From the NCBI GenBank assembly GCA_964508755.1, contig CAZDUZ010000001.1, positions 15,110-79,109 of the forward strand: a stretch of DNA of 64,000 nt. The letters run 5' to 3'. The stretch is from an uncultured Candidatus Saccharibacteria bacterium (GTDB taxonomy: Bacteria > Patescibacteriota > Dojkabacteria > SC72 > JAFGCJ01). Position 1 is the stretch's first letter. Each line of letters begins with the position of its first letter. The notes beneath the pieces were generated by a model, which was not told the DNA's origin, did not search any database, and saw nothing but the letters and a program-made list of their open reading frames with translations. Positions 35,831-45,714 of this stretch are shown one piece after another. The position numbers and the translations under genes are program-made.

Positions 35831-37512
35831 GAAGGAATCGTAATTAATTTATGTATGAGGTTCTCATTTTGAAGTTGACTAATGGTGTTGGCTATTTTTT
35901 CTTTGTTTGGGTCGTTAGTAATGAAAAGGTCGATTGTGTTAAAGCCAAATCCATTTTCAGATACTTCTTCAATGGTATCGTAGTGAAGAACGATTGTGTT
36001 TAGCGAAGCATTCTTTTTAAGGCACAAAACACCTTCATGAGTCGAAAGTCCTGTTTGGATTACTTCACCTTCAATAGAGTAGGTGCCTTTGTGTAGACTG
36101 CCGATTCGGCCATGTTCAGGGAGCGCTTGCGCTATTGTTTCTCGAATTGTATCTTCATTAATCGATCCAAGAATTACTATCCTATGAGTGCGAGGAGTAT
36201 TTCCCATAAGTGAGGTAATCATTTTTTCATGAACCTCTGGATACTGTTTACCCACAACTGGAAATGTGTTGAGGTACATTTCAGGCATGGTGTTCATTTC
36301 AATGATGCCACCGTTTTCGAGGGTAAGTGGTTTCGTTATATCGACGCATAAAATATCAAGTCCGAGAACGTGTGCATGTATAGAAGAAGCGATAGTCTCA
36401 GCAAGATATCTGATCTGAGGGCACACTTTTTCTGTTACATCTTCTGTTATGCCACCCTGGCTCATACTCGCAACATCGCGGACTCTTACATATGCTCCTT
36501 CTGCAGGAACTTGTTCAAGAGAAAGATCTTGCTTTTCCAACACTTTTTTCAAGTCCTCGTCTATGACAATTGGCTTTAATGTATGGATTGGAAGTCGGAT
36601 ATCGCGGGCAGGATTTGTGTTTTCTTTTTGTATTAACTGCTCTATGGTGCTTTTCCCGTCTCCAATTACTCGTGCTTGCTGTCTGTGTGTTGCAATTTCG
36701 AATTTTCCATCAATAAGAAGAATCCTGTAATCGTTACCTTTGAGTACTCGTTGTACAAGTATTTCCTTTTGCCATGCTGATTTGAGTTCTGGGAATTTCA
36801 TCTCGTGCTCGTAATAATAGTGTATCCGGTCCCATGCGTCCTCGAGCTCTTTAATAGTTTTCATTCCGATTTGAACTCCGTGACCTCCGGTTAAGCCGAC
36901 TGGTTTCATTACCAATGGAAAGCCTAGTTTGTCTGCTATAGCGGGAAGATCTTCCCTCGAAGCAACCGGTGACCAAGCTGCAAGCGGAAGTCCCATCTCC
37001 TCTAAAAATTGGTTGGTAAGAATTTTAGTTTTCTGGGTTTTTTGCGCAAAAGCGGCATCCCCGGAGGATGAAGCTGAGTGAATGAGTTGTTGTTCAGCTC
37101 CAATTCCTATACTGTAATCAAGATTCCATCCTTTTTTTGTCAGAGTACCTTCGTTTACATAGAGCTGAAGTGTTTCGTACCCGAGGTTGTGTGCTGCATC
37201 GAGTAGGGGAATGGTTGTCATTGATCCAAGGATCAGGCGGGCATATTCCATCATCGCGTTTTCAGCCTGCTCATAGGTTTCATTTCCTAAGGCACATAGT
37301 TCTAAATGCTTAGCAAATTCACTGTTTTTCCAGAGATGGGGAATGTTCGTCTGTATCGTTACAACGGTTCCGTTTATAGAATAGGATTTCATAAATACTG
37401 GGTGAAGATCTTTGAATCTATCAATGAGCTTCGTTTCGATTTTTTCTGCCTCGATAGTAACAGAGGTAGAGGTACTCGAGAGGTTACATCCTTGCTGTAC
37501 GGTTATTTTCAT
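35827..37512 (-). CDS. ATP-grasp ligase with cyanophycin-synthetase-N-domain-like core plus an extra N-terminal domain (561 aa)
   Basis: FPLVMKPVGLTGGHGVQIG ... YRILLIDGKFEIATHRQQARVIGDGKSTIEQLI ... IIEMNTMPE parallels the CphA N-terminal ATP-grasp. No Mur-ligase domain. Confidence 0.65.
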   Translation of the reverse strand: MKITVQQGCNLSSTSTSVTIEAEKIETKLIDRFKDLHPVFMKSYSINGTVVTIQTNIPHLWKNSEFAKHLELCALGNETYEQAENAMMEYARLILGSMTTIPLLDAAHNLGYETLQLYVNEGTLTKKGWNLDYSIGIGAEQQLIHSASSSGDAAFAQKTQKTKILTNQFLEEMGLPLAAWSPVASREDLPAIADKLGFPLVMKPVGLTGGHGVQIGMKTIKELEDAWDRIHYYYEHEMKFPELKSAWQKEILVQRVLKGNDYRILLIDGKFEIATHRQQARVIGDGKSTIEQLIQKENTNPARDIRLPIHTLKPIVIDEDLKKVLEKQDLSLEQVPAEGAYVRVRDVASMSQGGITEDVTEKVCPQIRYLAETIASSIHAHVLGLDILCVDITKPLTLENGGIIEMNTMPEMYLNTFPVVGKQYPEVHEKMITSLMGNTPRTHRIVILGSINEDTIRETIAQALPEHGRIGSLHKGTYSIEGEVIQTGLSTHEGVLCLKKNASLNTIVLHYDTIEEVSENGFGFNTIDLFITNDPNKEKIANTISQLQNENLIHKLITIPS

Positions 37513-37515
37513 TTT

Positions 37516-38559
37516 TTAGTTCTTATAATTATCTAAAATATATTGTTGAATTGTAGTACAAATATCAACGACATTCCCCTCGTCAGGCATATAGTGTATG
37601 CGGACACCGGGATTGTGGTTTACTTCATTAACGGCATATCTTTGAGCTGGCGCAGTAATATCTGGTGTAATAAGATCAATTCCTGCGAGAGTGAGCCCGG
37701 TCGCTTTGGTGATATCAATTGCAAGCTTCGTATATTCTGAGTGTATCTCTGATGAACATTCACGAACCGTGCCTCCTGAGGTCATGTTTGCATTTAGCCG
37801 TACCGTGACACGTTCGTTTTCTGTAGGAATCGAATCTGGAGTATAGCCTTTCAGATGGAGTGCTTTTACTGCTTCCTCATCATCTATCTTGATCTGGGGG
37901 CGGTTGACTTGATGATAGCGCTCATTTAAGTTCGATACCAAGTCTCGTATGCTACTTGTGCCATTTCCCACGATATATGGCGCCATTCTTTCAGCTACAG
38001 CTATGACTTTATCCTTAAGAACAAGGATTCTGAAATGTCTACCCTGTATAAATTCTTCTACCAGAACCCGGGAGTTGTTATCGGTCAATGCAGCATCATA
38101 GGCATAGGTAAATGCACGATCGATCTCTTCATCGGTGTGGGGTAGAATGGAAACACCACCGCCACCAAATCCCCTCACGGGTTTTATGACAATGTTTTTC
38201 AGTGTGTGCGCCTTCATGAAATCTTGGATTTCGTCACAAGACTGAACAACCGCTTGGAGAGGGACAGGAAAGCCTTCATCTCTAAGAAATCTGTTACACA
38301 TGTTCTTGTAACTGACCAGTGACATAGCAACGGAATCATTGATGGGGGTAAGTGCTTTATGAATTCGCCAGATCTTTCCGTTTTTTGAGAATTCAGCAAA
38401 AAGGCCTGGAATAAGCATTCGGTAAGAAATTCCTAATTTTGCAGCAGAAACGATATACGCTGCTAATTGAGTGTTGTGGGAATAGGCGAGTGCCTCCTTG
38501 TAGGTAAGCTCTTTCGCCGAGAATGTTTGCGTATTTTCTGGTTTATGAATACTTTTCAC
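37516..38559 (-). CDS. ATP-grasp ligase, cyanophycin-synthetase-N-like (347 aa)
   Basis: GFGGGGVSILP glycine loop, FRILVLKDKVIAVAERMAPYIVGNGTSSIRDLV, VNEVNHNPG block. Confidence 0.65.
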   Translation of the reverse strand: MKSIHKPENTQTFSAKELTYKEALAYSHNTQLAAYIVSAAKLGISYRMLIPGLFAEFSKNGKIWRIHKALTPINDSVAMSLVSYKNMCNRFLRDEGFPVPLQAVVQSCDEIQDFMKAHTLKNIVIKPVRGFGGGGVSILPHTDEEIDRAFTYAYDAALTDNNSRVLVEEFIQGRHFRILVLKDKVIAVAERMAPYIVGNGTSSIRDLVSNLNERYHQVNRPQIKIDDEEAVKALHLKGYTPDSIPTENERVTVRLNANMTSGGTVRECSSEIHSEYTKLAIDITKATGLTLAGIDLITPDITAPAQRYAVNEVNHNPGVRIHYMPDEGNVVDICTTIQQYILDNYKN

Positions 38560-38586
38560 CTTTGCCGTTTATACAAAAAATTTACA

Positions 38587-40104
38587 TTAATGAAGGGAGA
38601 AAGTTCTGCTTGCATCAATGAGAAAGGGTTTTAAATCTCTTCTACCCAGTATCGCGGGGTAGGGAAGATCTTTTCTTCGGCTGACAATCATTTCTGAGTC
38701 TATAGTAAGACCTGAAATTGTGATGGTCGCTGTAATCATCGGACGAATTGAGATGGTATCTTCTTCAATGATGATGACGTTAGTGATAAGAGGGTGTGTA
38801 AGAATTCTCGCTTTGTTTTCCTCAAGGAAACTTTCTGCTTCCTCCCGGGTAGAAAATTCTTTTGGAACTTCGAGATCTCTGAAGTATTCTAAGGCGCTTC
38901 GATATCCTAACTCGCTTGCGAGTGAGGTGGTGATACGTGAACGTATAATGCCGGTATCAACTTGTACTTTCGCTGCGTAATTGAGGGCTCTCTTTCGTTT
39001 TGCTGGATCTGAAGTCTTCTTATTCGACTTTTCTATGGGGATTTTGTGAAATTGAACTTTTTGGACGAGTCCTATGATTTCTCTACCGCTTATTGCTTCA
39101 ATTTCGTCTTCGACTTCTCCTCCAAAAAGGTTTTGAGCTATACGAATACCATGATCAGCATCTTTGATCTTTAGTCCCTTTACTCGTTCCATACGACTCT
39201 TCATACCGCTCATGTTAGCAATTTGAACAGCAAGACCTGCTCGAGCATTGAGTTCTAGTACAATTGGTCCTTTTTCTCTGTCCAATGCGATATCCGCTCC
39301 TAGATATCCAAGTCCGGTAACTTCTTGGCACTTGATAGACATTCGAAGAATATCTTTCCACTGAGGTATTTGAATACCACGCAGAGGTAGGTTGCTATCG
39401 TCAAGTGTTGTTTCAATAATATCGTAAATGTCGGAAATAATTGATGCTCCTCTGCGGTGGATAGCAACGGTAGTAATCCCAGAAGCTATATCAATACCTA
39501 CACCGATACCGCCCGCATGGAGATTTGCTTTTCCTCCAGACTGGTAGGTCGGAAGCCTGAGTTCTGCCATGATCGGAACTTTATTGAACACGATGACACG
39601 GATATCCGGAATACCCTTATAAGAGTAAGGTTTCAAAAGTGGGTGATTAACTATGCGCTCTTCTATGATTGCCGTATCTTTTCTATTACCCATTGAAAAT
39701 TGACCGTCGAGTATTTGTCCTATGTGGCTTTTAATTTCTGTAACACCCATTACACTGCCGTCAGGTTGAATCCATTCAAGACTATTCTTTCGCTTACCGT
39801 AAAAAATGAGGATACCGCTTCCTCCTGTGCCAATATTGGGCTTAAGAGCAAAGCTTTTGGGTAGTTCTTCCCATTTCAAGGTGTTCAGTTGTTTACGGTT
39901 GCGGATAATTTTGTAAATTTCTGCAGTAGGAATTCCGGTTCTAGAAAGTATTTTTTTGCAAAGAATTTTGTCGTCAGCAATTCTTTTGGCACGTGGAGAA
40001 TTGTACGGTCGTACATACACCGCATTTCGCTGATTTATTCCAAGAACTTCTTTACTTCTTTGGAGTGTTGTCAGGAGATTCCCCATGGCGGATAACCTGC
40101 GCAA
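38587..40104 (-). CDS. alpha-L-glutamate-ligase-like ATP-grasp fused to a C-terminal DUF785 retropepsin-like (putative ATP-dependent zinc protease) domain
   Basis: N-terminus LGINQRNAVYVRPYNSPRAKRIADDKILCKKIL ... ALKPNIGTGGSGILI matches the RimK-related E-ligase family. The C-terminal ~140 aa (IRPMITATITISGLTIDSEMIVSRRKDLPYPAILGRRDL) resemble DUF785. Confidence 0.65.
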   Translation of the reverse strand: MRRLSAMGNLLTTLQRSKEVLGINQRNAVYVRPYNSPRAKRIADDKILCKKILSRTGIPTAEIYKIIRNRKQLNTLKWEELPKSFALKPNIGTGGSGILIFYGKRKNSLEWIQPDGSVMGVTEIKSHIGQILDGQFSMGNRKDTAIIEERIVNHPLLKPYSYKGIPDIRVIVFNKVPIMAELRLPTYQSGGKANLHAGGIGVGIDIASGITTVAIHRRGASIISDIYDIIETTLDDSNLPLRGIQIPQWKDILRMSIKCQEVTGLGYLGADIALDREKGPIVLELNARAGLAVQIANMSGMKSRMERVKGLKIKDADHGIRIAQNLFGGEVEDEIEAISGREIIGLVQKVQFHKIPIEKSNKKTSDPAKRKRALNYAAKVQVDTGIIRSRITTSLASELGYRSALEYFRDLEVPKEFSTREEAESFLEENKARILTHPLITNVIIIEEDTISIRPMITATITISGLTIDSEMIVSRRKDLPYPAILGRRDLKPFLIDASRTFSLH

Positions 40105-40732
40105 ATCTTAAAAATTCTGTCCATCTAAGGCCTGAATACTGACCTACAAGGACATTAACAAGGATCAAGAACGGAATGATCCAAAGGTTATTGATAAAGA
40201 AGTTGTGGGTTACTTCCCATCGCATGAGGCTCCAGCCGAGACAGGAAATTAATATTGTCTCTCCGGTAAGTCGAGCAGCTGTCATAAGATCTTTTTTGAT
40301 ATATGTCGCGACAAATCGATCAGCGACAGAAATGATCATTGCAAGGGGTAGAAAAGATATGGCAGTAAAATCCAGATACTTATTATCGACAGGAAGAAAA
40401 GATGTACCAATGATAAAGGCAAAGACTGCAATCGATATTGCGGTGTATACAATTGAAAGCCTTGAAAGATAGTGCAGTTGAAATTTACGCAGAATGTTTC
40501 TGATAATCCAGGATACGATTACTACCAGTAATGCTATAGAAATTCCCTGAATAAAACCCATGTAGTAAAAGGCAAAAGCGAGTATCATCGACGCGTAAAG
40601 TCCGAAAGTCTTGATTCCAGTAACATACCTGGAAAAGGCAGTAAGTGTGACCAATAGAGGGATAAAGGTAAGGACGAGGAGAATGTCTTCGGTGACACCT
40701 CTCTCCATGAGCCAAGATGTTAGATCAGGCAT
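40052..40732 (-). CDS. 7-TM membrane protein (7TM module of the type found with RimK-like ligase systems; no transglutaminase domain)
   Basis: Seven hydrophobic helices across 226 aa. First gene of the minus-strand ATP-grasp operon; overlaps the next gene by ~50 nt. Confidence 0.5.
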   Translation of the reverse strand: MPDLTSWLMERGVTEDILLVLTFIPLLVTLTAFSRYVTGIKTFGLYASMILAFAFYYMGFIQGISIALLVVIVSWIIRNILRKFQLHYLSRLSIVYTAISIAVFAFIIGTSFLPVDNKYLDFTAISFLPLAMIISVADRFVATYIKKDLMTAARLTGETILISCLGWSLMRWEVTHNFFINNLWIIPFLILVNVLVGQYSGLRWTEFLRFAQVIRHGESPDNTPKK

Positions 40733-40963
40733 GTCCCGAGGTGTTCAATTTATCTCGAGTTCATAATAAAAAACGACGAGCAATTATACAATATCTCGTA
40801 GGTATTAATCCAGTGTTTTCGCTGTTATCACTTCATTAATTCGTAATCCTGGCATGGAGTTTTTAAAAGGTTATGTGTAGGGGAGGGGAGAATAAGGCCT
40901 CTGCAACAACTAATGTTTAGCCTATTACATAGATATTTCCCAAAAGCCAGTTAAATAACCTAC

Positions 40964-41002
40964 TAAAAAAGCCACCGACACAATACATTGCATCGCGTGG
41001 CT
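40964..41002 (-). terminator. Rho-independent terminator downstream of rplL
   Basis: On the minus strand: AGCCACG...CGTGGCT hairpin followed by TTTTTT, immediately after the rplL stop. Confidence 0.55.
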
Positions 41003-41022
41003 CTTTGTTTGCTTAAGAACAA

Positions 41023-41427
41023 TTACTGAAGTTCTACGGTAGCACCGGCCTCTTCAAGCTTTGCCTTCATTGCTTCTGCGTCTTCCTTCTTCACGTTCTC
41101 TTTGACTGTCTTAGGAGCGCCTTCGACTAGGTCTTTGGCTTCCTTGAGTCCAAGTTCGGTCAATTCGCGCACAACCTTGATCACATTGATCTTCTGGTCG
41201 CCACCAGCGGTAAGTACCACGTTGAATGAACTCTTTTCTTCAACAGGTTCACCAGCTGCAGGAGCTGCTGCTGCGACAGCTACAGGAGCTGCTGCGCTTA
41301 CACCAAACTTCTCTTCCATCGCTTTTACGAGATCGGCGACTTCGAGGACGGTCATTTTCTCAATAGCATCGAGCACTTTTTGTGCTTCAGCTGAGAGTTT
41401 CACTTCGGAAGATGTTTCATCTGCCAT
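41023..41427 (-). CDS. rplL: 50S ribosomal protein L7/L12
   Basis: Ala-rich hinge ([16 protein letters not shown]) and C-terminal domain [34 protein letters not shown]. Confidence 0.9.
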   Translation of the reverse strand: MADETSSEVKLSAEAQKVLDAIEKMTVLEVADLVKAMEEKFGVSAAAPVAVAAAAPAAGEPVEEKSSFNVVLTAGGDQKINVIKVVRELTELGLKEAKDLVEGAPKTVKENVKKEDAEAMKAKLEEAGATVELQ

Positions 41428-41465
41428 CTGTGTTGTAGATATAATTTAAATGAATGAACCTTATT

Positions 41466-42014
41466 CTATACTGCTTGCGCAGGCGCTGCAGAAGATGATT
41501 TCTTCTTTTGCACCTCTGCAAGTGCATAGACAAGGTTTCGAACAGTTCCGTTAATAACACGGGCAAATCCTGAAAGCGGAGATTGCATAGATCCCATCAT
41601 TTGGGCAAGCAGTACTTCTCTTGAAGGAATTTCTGCAAGCTGATTGATCTTAGAAGCATCTTCCACATTTCCAAAAAGGATACCGTACCGAGTTTCCATG
41701 GTATTGTGTTTCTTCTGCATCTCCTTGAGTGCTTTCGCTGCAGTTGTCGGATCATCTCCACAGACTATAATTCCTGCTTGTTCGGTAAGTTCCTGAAGTA
41801 CGGTGGGTTGTTCTGTTTCCTGTGCGGCAATCTTAAACAAGGTGTTCTTGATAATCATAAACTTGTGCTGACCTTCTTTAAGAAGCTTTTTAAGTTCGTC
41901 GATTTGTGTCGTCCCAACTTTCGCGGTATTGACGAGAATATAGTTTGGCTTCTCCTTTAAGAGCTCTTGATACTTGGTCAGAAGCTGTTTCTTCTGTACT
42001 TTTGTTTTTGACAT
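41466..42014 (-). CDS. rplJ: 50S ribosomal protein L10
   Basis: Position between rplA and rplL. Length and composition fit L10. Confidence 0.8.
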   Translation of the reverse strand: MSKTKVQKKQLLTKYQELLKEKPNYILVNTAKVGTTQIDELKKLLKEGQHKFMIIKNTLFKIAAQETEQPTVLQELTEQAGIIVCGDDPTTAAKALKEMQKKHNTMETRYGILFGNVEDASKINQLAEIPSREVLLAQMMGSMQSPLSGFARVINGTVRNLVYALAEVQKKKSSSAAPAQAV

Positions 42015-42229
42015 ACGAGTCCTCTAAATAATGTAAATCTTGATTGGTTTGAAAAAACTTGCTACCTCGGCCGTCCAACATACTCTTCATCTACCGGCTG
42101 TCTTTGGTAACGTGCAGGATAATAGGGTAAATAGGGGAGGAAGTCAAGAAAAGACAGCTAAATGACATAACTTGGGCATAATTGACTAATGGCACAGGTA
42201 ACTTGACTCCTAAACCTGACTCCCGTAGT

Positions 42230-42922
42230 TTATTCCACTAACCCTTCTGTCTCAACTTTGACACCAGCTCCCATCGTAACGGATACTGCTGCTGTTTTGA
42301 GTAGAATTGCCATCGGTTTTCCAACGGTATCCGAGACGGTGGTTAGTACTGTTTTCACATTTTCGACAATTTTTTCATCGGCTGTGTCAACTTTCCCGAC
42401 CACGGTATGGACTCCACCGGATTCATCGCAAGCCCATTTAGCCTTACCTTTTTTGAATTCTCCAATTGCCTTTTCGAAATCTTCAACAAGGGTGCCTGTT
42501 TTTGGGTTTGGCATGAGCCCCTTAGGGCCGAGCTCTTTACCGAGAACTGCAATTTGAGCCATAACGGAAGGGGATGCGAGGGCAACATCGAAATCCATCC
42601 ATCCGCCTTTGATCTTTTTCACAAGATCTTCTAGCCCGGCTTCGACCGCACCTGCTGATTTTGCTGAGTCGATCTTTTCCTTTTCACAAAAAACTATGAT
42701 TTTGGTCTCTTTAACACTGACAGGGTGGGGAAGAGTAAGGGATCCTTTTACTGATTTAGCCTCTTTATCTTTGGGAAGGGTCATCGAAATATGAAGTTCT
42801 ACGCTTCCAGGAAACGATGAATACGATGTAGCCTTCGCCTTCTTAATCGCTTCGATGAGCGGGTATTTCTTATCGTCAACATTTTTTACTGCGGACGTAT
42901 ATTTTTTTCCACGGTGTGCCAT
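42230..42922 (-). CDS. rplA: 50S ribosomal protein L1
   Basis: Conserved L1 blocks (GKKY..., LGPKGLMPNPKTGT, GKVDTADEKIVENV) in the canonical rplK-rplA order. Confidence 0.9.
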   Translation of the reverse strand: MAHRGKKYTSAVKNVDDKKYPLIEAIKKAKATSYSSFPGSVELHISMTLPKDKEAKSVKGSLTLPHPVSVKETKIIVFCEKEKIDSAKSAGAVEAGLEDLVKKIKGGWMDFDVALASPSVMAQIAVLGKELGPKGLMPNPKTGTLVEDFEKAIGEFKKGKAKWACDESGGVHTVVGKVDTADEKIVENVKTVLTTVSDTVGKPMAILLKTAAVSVTMGAGVKVETEGLVE

Positions 42923-42950
42923 ATAAGTGAATAAACAAAAATAAAACGAA

Positions 42951-43367
42951 TTACTCTATACCCATTTGACGGGCGGTACCTTTGATGATCTTTTTAGCCT
43001 TCTCGATATCATCGGTATTAAGGTCAGTCATTTTCGCCTCTGCAATCCGCGTAAGCTGATCATCTTTAAGTTTTCCAACTTTGTCGAGGTTAGGTCTACC
43101 GGAACCCCTTTTGATGTTGAGTTCACGGCGAATTAACTCGCTAACGGGGGGAGTCTTGGTGATGAAATCAAAGGAACGGTCTTCATAAATGGTAAGAACA
43201 ACGGGTGTAATTACACCTCGGCCTTCCTTTGTTTTTTCATTAAACTGATCACAAAAGCCTTTGATATCAATTCCATGCTGGCTTAATGCAGGACCAATTG
43301 GAGGAGCCGGCGAAGCTGAACCTGCTGGAATTTGGAGTTTTACTTTTGCTTTAATTTCTTTTGCCAT
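42951..43367 (-). CDS. rplK: 50S ribosomal protein L11
   Basis: VKLQIPAGSASPAPPIGPALSQHGIDIKGFC is the L11 signature. Confidence 0.9.
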   Translation of the reverse strand: MAKEIKAKVKLQIPAGSASPAPPIGPALSQHGIDIKGFCDQFNEKTKEGRGVITPVVLTIYEDRSFDFITKTPPVSELIRRELNIKRGSGRPNLDKVGKLKDDQLTRIAEAKMTDLNTDDIEKAKKIIKGTARQMGIE

Positions 43368-43444
43368 AGTGACTCAATTGTAAGTAAGTTAAACAATGTG
43401 TTTCGGTATCTGTGAGGCGTCAGAACCAATATAATAGTTACTTT

Positions 43445-44011
43445 TTAGAGTTTTTTAACTTGATTGAACGATAACTCCACGGGTGTCTCTCGTCCGAAAA
43501 TGGAGATTAGAATTTTCACTTTTCCTTTTGTTTCATCGATTTCGTTCACACTGCCGACGAAGTCTACAAAAGCGCCGTCAATAATCTTAACGGCATCGTT
43601 AATATTAAATGACGCTTGGAATGCAGGCTGCTCAATTTCCATAAACCTCATAATTGCCTGAACCTCTTCTTCAGGTAAAGGACGTGGGTTCTTGGATGTT
43701 CTGACGAATCCTGCAACACCTTCAACATTGGTGACGATTTCCCAGGTATCTTTGTCGAGAATCATCTTTAGTAAGACGTATCCTGGATAAATACGTTCTT
43801 CGGTGACTTTTTGTTTACCTTCTTTAACAACAATCTTTTTCTGAACAGGTACGAGCACGTCGGTAATAACTTTCTCTAGTCCGGAAGCCGTCACACGCTG
43901 TTTAATAGCGTCTGCTACTTTTTGTTCGTGTCCCGACTGCGTGCTGATAACGAACCATTTTGGTTCTTCTTTCTGGTGTTTGACTGTCGATTCGTCAGTA
44001 ATAACTGGCAT
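43445..44011 (-). CDS. nusG: Transcription termination/antitermination factor NusG
   Basis: NGN domain (WFVISTQSGHEQKV) and C-terminal KOW (VKIIDGAFVDFVGSVNEIDETKGKVKILISIFGRETPVEL). Confidence 0.9.
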   Translation of the reverse strand: MPVITDESTVKHQKEEPKWFVISTQSGHEQKVADAIKQRVTASGLEKVITDVLVPVQKKIVVKEGKQKVTEERIYPGYVLLKMILDKDTWEIVTNVEGVAGFVRTSKNPRPLPEEEVQAIMRFMEIEQPAFQASFNINDAVKIIDGAFVDFVGSVNEIDETKGKVKILISIFGRETPVELSFNQVKKL

Positions 44012-44033
44012 GGCTGCTTCTTATATTAAGCTA

Positions 44034-44228
44034 TTAAGAAATAATAAACCGGGATCGAAGTTCAAACAAGAATGCATCGATTCCCAAAATAACGAGCGTG
44101 ATTATAGCAGAAATTACAATTACGAATAGTGCAAGGCTGATGGTGGTCTTGAGTGTAGGCCACTTTACGAGCTTGTACTCTCCAAGAACTTCTTTAACTG
44201 CTTTAATTGCTTTAGAAAAAACGTTCAT
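44034..44228 (-). CDS. secE: Preprotein translocase subunit SecE
   Basis: 64 aa. KVKWPTLKTTISLALFVIVISAIITLVILGID is the SecE C-terminal TM. Canonical position upstream of nusG. Confidence 0.85.
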   Translation of the reverse strand: MNVFSKAIKAVKEVLGEYKLVKWPTLKTTISLALFVIVISAIITLVILGIDAFLFELRSRFIIS

Positions 44229-44265
44229 CTTGATTGTATATTGTATGCATTAACCTAGAGCCTGG

Positions 44266-44337
44266 CAGGCCCGCCAGGAATCGAACCTGGAACAAGGGTT
44301 TTGGAGACCCCCGTATTGCCAATTATACTACGGGCCC
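44266..44337 (-). tRNA. tRNA-Trp (anticodon CCA); CCA tail encoded at 44263-44265
   Basis: Reverse complement folds as a cloverleaf: anticodon loop CTCCAAA, T-arm CCAGGTTCGATTCCTGG, acceptor GGGCCCG/CGGGCCT. Confidence 0.8.
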
Positions 44338-44401
44338 TCTCTGCCGGGGAGCTTATGTCCTGCGCCACAGAGAAATATATCCAAACACCCTCTGTAGGGC
44401 A

Positions 44402-44569
44402 CTATTTAAGCTTGGTTTCGGCATGCGCGGTATGTTTTTTACATGTAGCGCAATACTTGCTTGCTCCCAGCTTGTCCTGCACCGATTTACTTTTATAAAC
44501 GGTGTAGTTCTTATTTTTGCAGACCTCGCAGCGCAATGCAATGATTACGCGGGTATCTTTTTGAGCCAT
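44402..44569 (-). CDS. rpmG: 50S ribosomal protein L33
   Basis: 55 aa: MAQKDTRVIIALRCEVCKNKNYTVYKSKSVQDKLGASKYCATCKKHTAHAETKLK, a C4 zinc ribbon of L33. Absent from the ORF track because it is short. Confidence 0.85.
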   Translation of the reverse strand: MAQKDTRVIIALRCEVCKNKNYTVYKSKSVQDKLGASKYCATCKKHTAHAETKLK

Positions 44570-44721
44570 CGTTAAGAAATAGTGAGATTACTCAAGAAAT
44601 GTCGCTGTGGATTATACGGATTTTGGAGTAGGGGGTCAAATGGAATATGTAAGGAGAAAGGAACTCTTGTGTTGAGTGGTTGTTGGTGTGCGTTTTCTTT
44701 TCCGATCTCTTATGAAAATGG

Positions 44722-44794
44722 AGCTGGAACCGGGAATCGAACCCGGGACCTCATCCTTACCATGGATGCGCTCTGCCTGCTGAGCTATTCCAGC
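44722..44794 (-). tRNA. tRNA-Thr (anticodon GGT); CCA encoded at 44719-44721
   Basis: Reverse complement GCTGGAATAGCTCAGCAGGCAGAGCGCATCCATGGTAAGGATG... gives a cloverleaf with anticodon loop ATGGTAA. Confidence 0.75.
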
Positions 44795-44839
44795 TTGTGT
44801 TGTGTCGCTTACATATTAATGTTGTGTCAGTAAGCATTA

Positions 44840-44922
44840 TGCAGGGGACAGGATTTGAACCTGTGAAGGCTTGCGCCGCTGGATTTACAGTCCAGTCCAT
44901 TTGGCCGCTCTGGCACCCCTGC
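44840..44922 (-). tRNA. tRNA-Tyr (anticodon GTA), class II with long variable arm
   Basis: Reverse complement GCAGGGGTGCCAGAGCGGCCAAATGG-ACTGGACTGTAAATCCAG-(long arm)-ACAGGTTCAAATCCTGT-CCCCTGC-A. Confidence 0.8.
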
Positions 44923-45145
44923 CTATTTCGAGGGTAATTGTAAGCTGTTTTTGAACGAAATGGAAGAAGTTGCGCTATAGTGTTGGACAGTTGTTTCTTA
45001 TAGGGTTGTTTGTGTATGCGCTATGGGTTTCAATCTTTCGTAAATTCCTCATGTTTGACAAGGCGGATCATTATGCTAATTTATATTGTTTAAACACCAA
45101 TGACCTCGCTTAAACAAAAATTAAATTGAATGCAGGTAATTTGCT

Positions 45146-45682
45146 ATGCTTGATACCAATGTGATAACTCAACCTCCAGGGGAATTAGCTTTAGAAAAAC
45201 CAGGAACTATAAGTGCGCGTGAAGCTTATCGTACACCAGGATCTGAAGTGACATCTGCATATAAAGTAATAAGCAATTCTGTAACGGAAACAGGTATTGA
45301 TGCGAGTGATAAATTAGCGGATATTGTGTGTGGAGGGCTTGATAAAGGGCATCGTATTCGAGTTTTAACCGAGCAAGCTTTGTTACGATGTTCCCCTGAT
45401 GATACGCACCAAAATGGTGTAACCATCGTAGCGTATGGAAACGACTGGAGGAATCCGGAACATGTTGCTTTTAAGTATGATCGAGTACGTGATACTAAGT
45501 CGTTCAATCCTCCAAATCCTTTAGGGATGCAGGTAAAAATTAATAAACGGGAATTTTCTCCTGATCAAGTAGTTATTTGGGATCCTCCACTTGAAGCAGA
45601 ACGTTGGGCTGATTCACATCGACTCTTAAGAAAAGATTCTACGACAGGAAGAAAATGCGTTGTGATTAGTGAAATGTACTGA
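45146..45682 (+). CDS. Hypothetical protein (178 aa) between tRNA genes
   Basis: ORF only. No motif recognised. Confidence 0.4.
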   Translation: MLDTNVITQPPGELALEKPGTISAREAYRTPGSEVTSAYKVISNSVTETGIDASDKLADIVCGGLDKGHRIRVLTEQALLRCSPDDTHQNGVTIVAYGNDWRNPEHVAFKYDRVRDTKSFNPPNPLGMQVKINKREFSPDQVVIWDPPLEAERWADSHRLLRKDSTTGRKCVVISEMY

Positions 45683-45714
45683 AAAAGGGGAAGAACGCAA
45701 TTCTAGTTTCGAAA

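Noticed and set aside
44234-44575. 113-aa plus-strand ORF and nested 62-65-aa ORFs
   Set aside because: They overlap tRNA-Trp and the real minus-strand rpmG (L33), which is in a different frame. They are artefacts of the six-frame translation.
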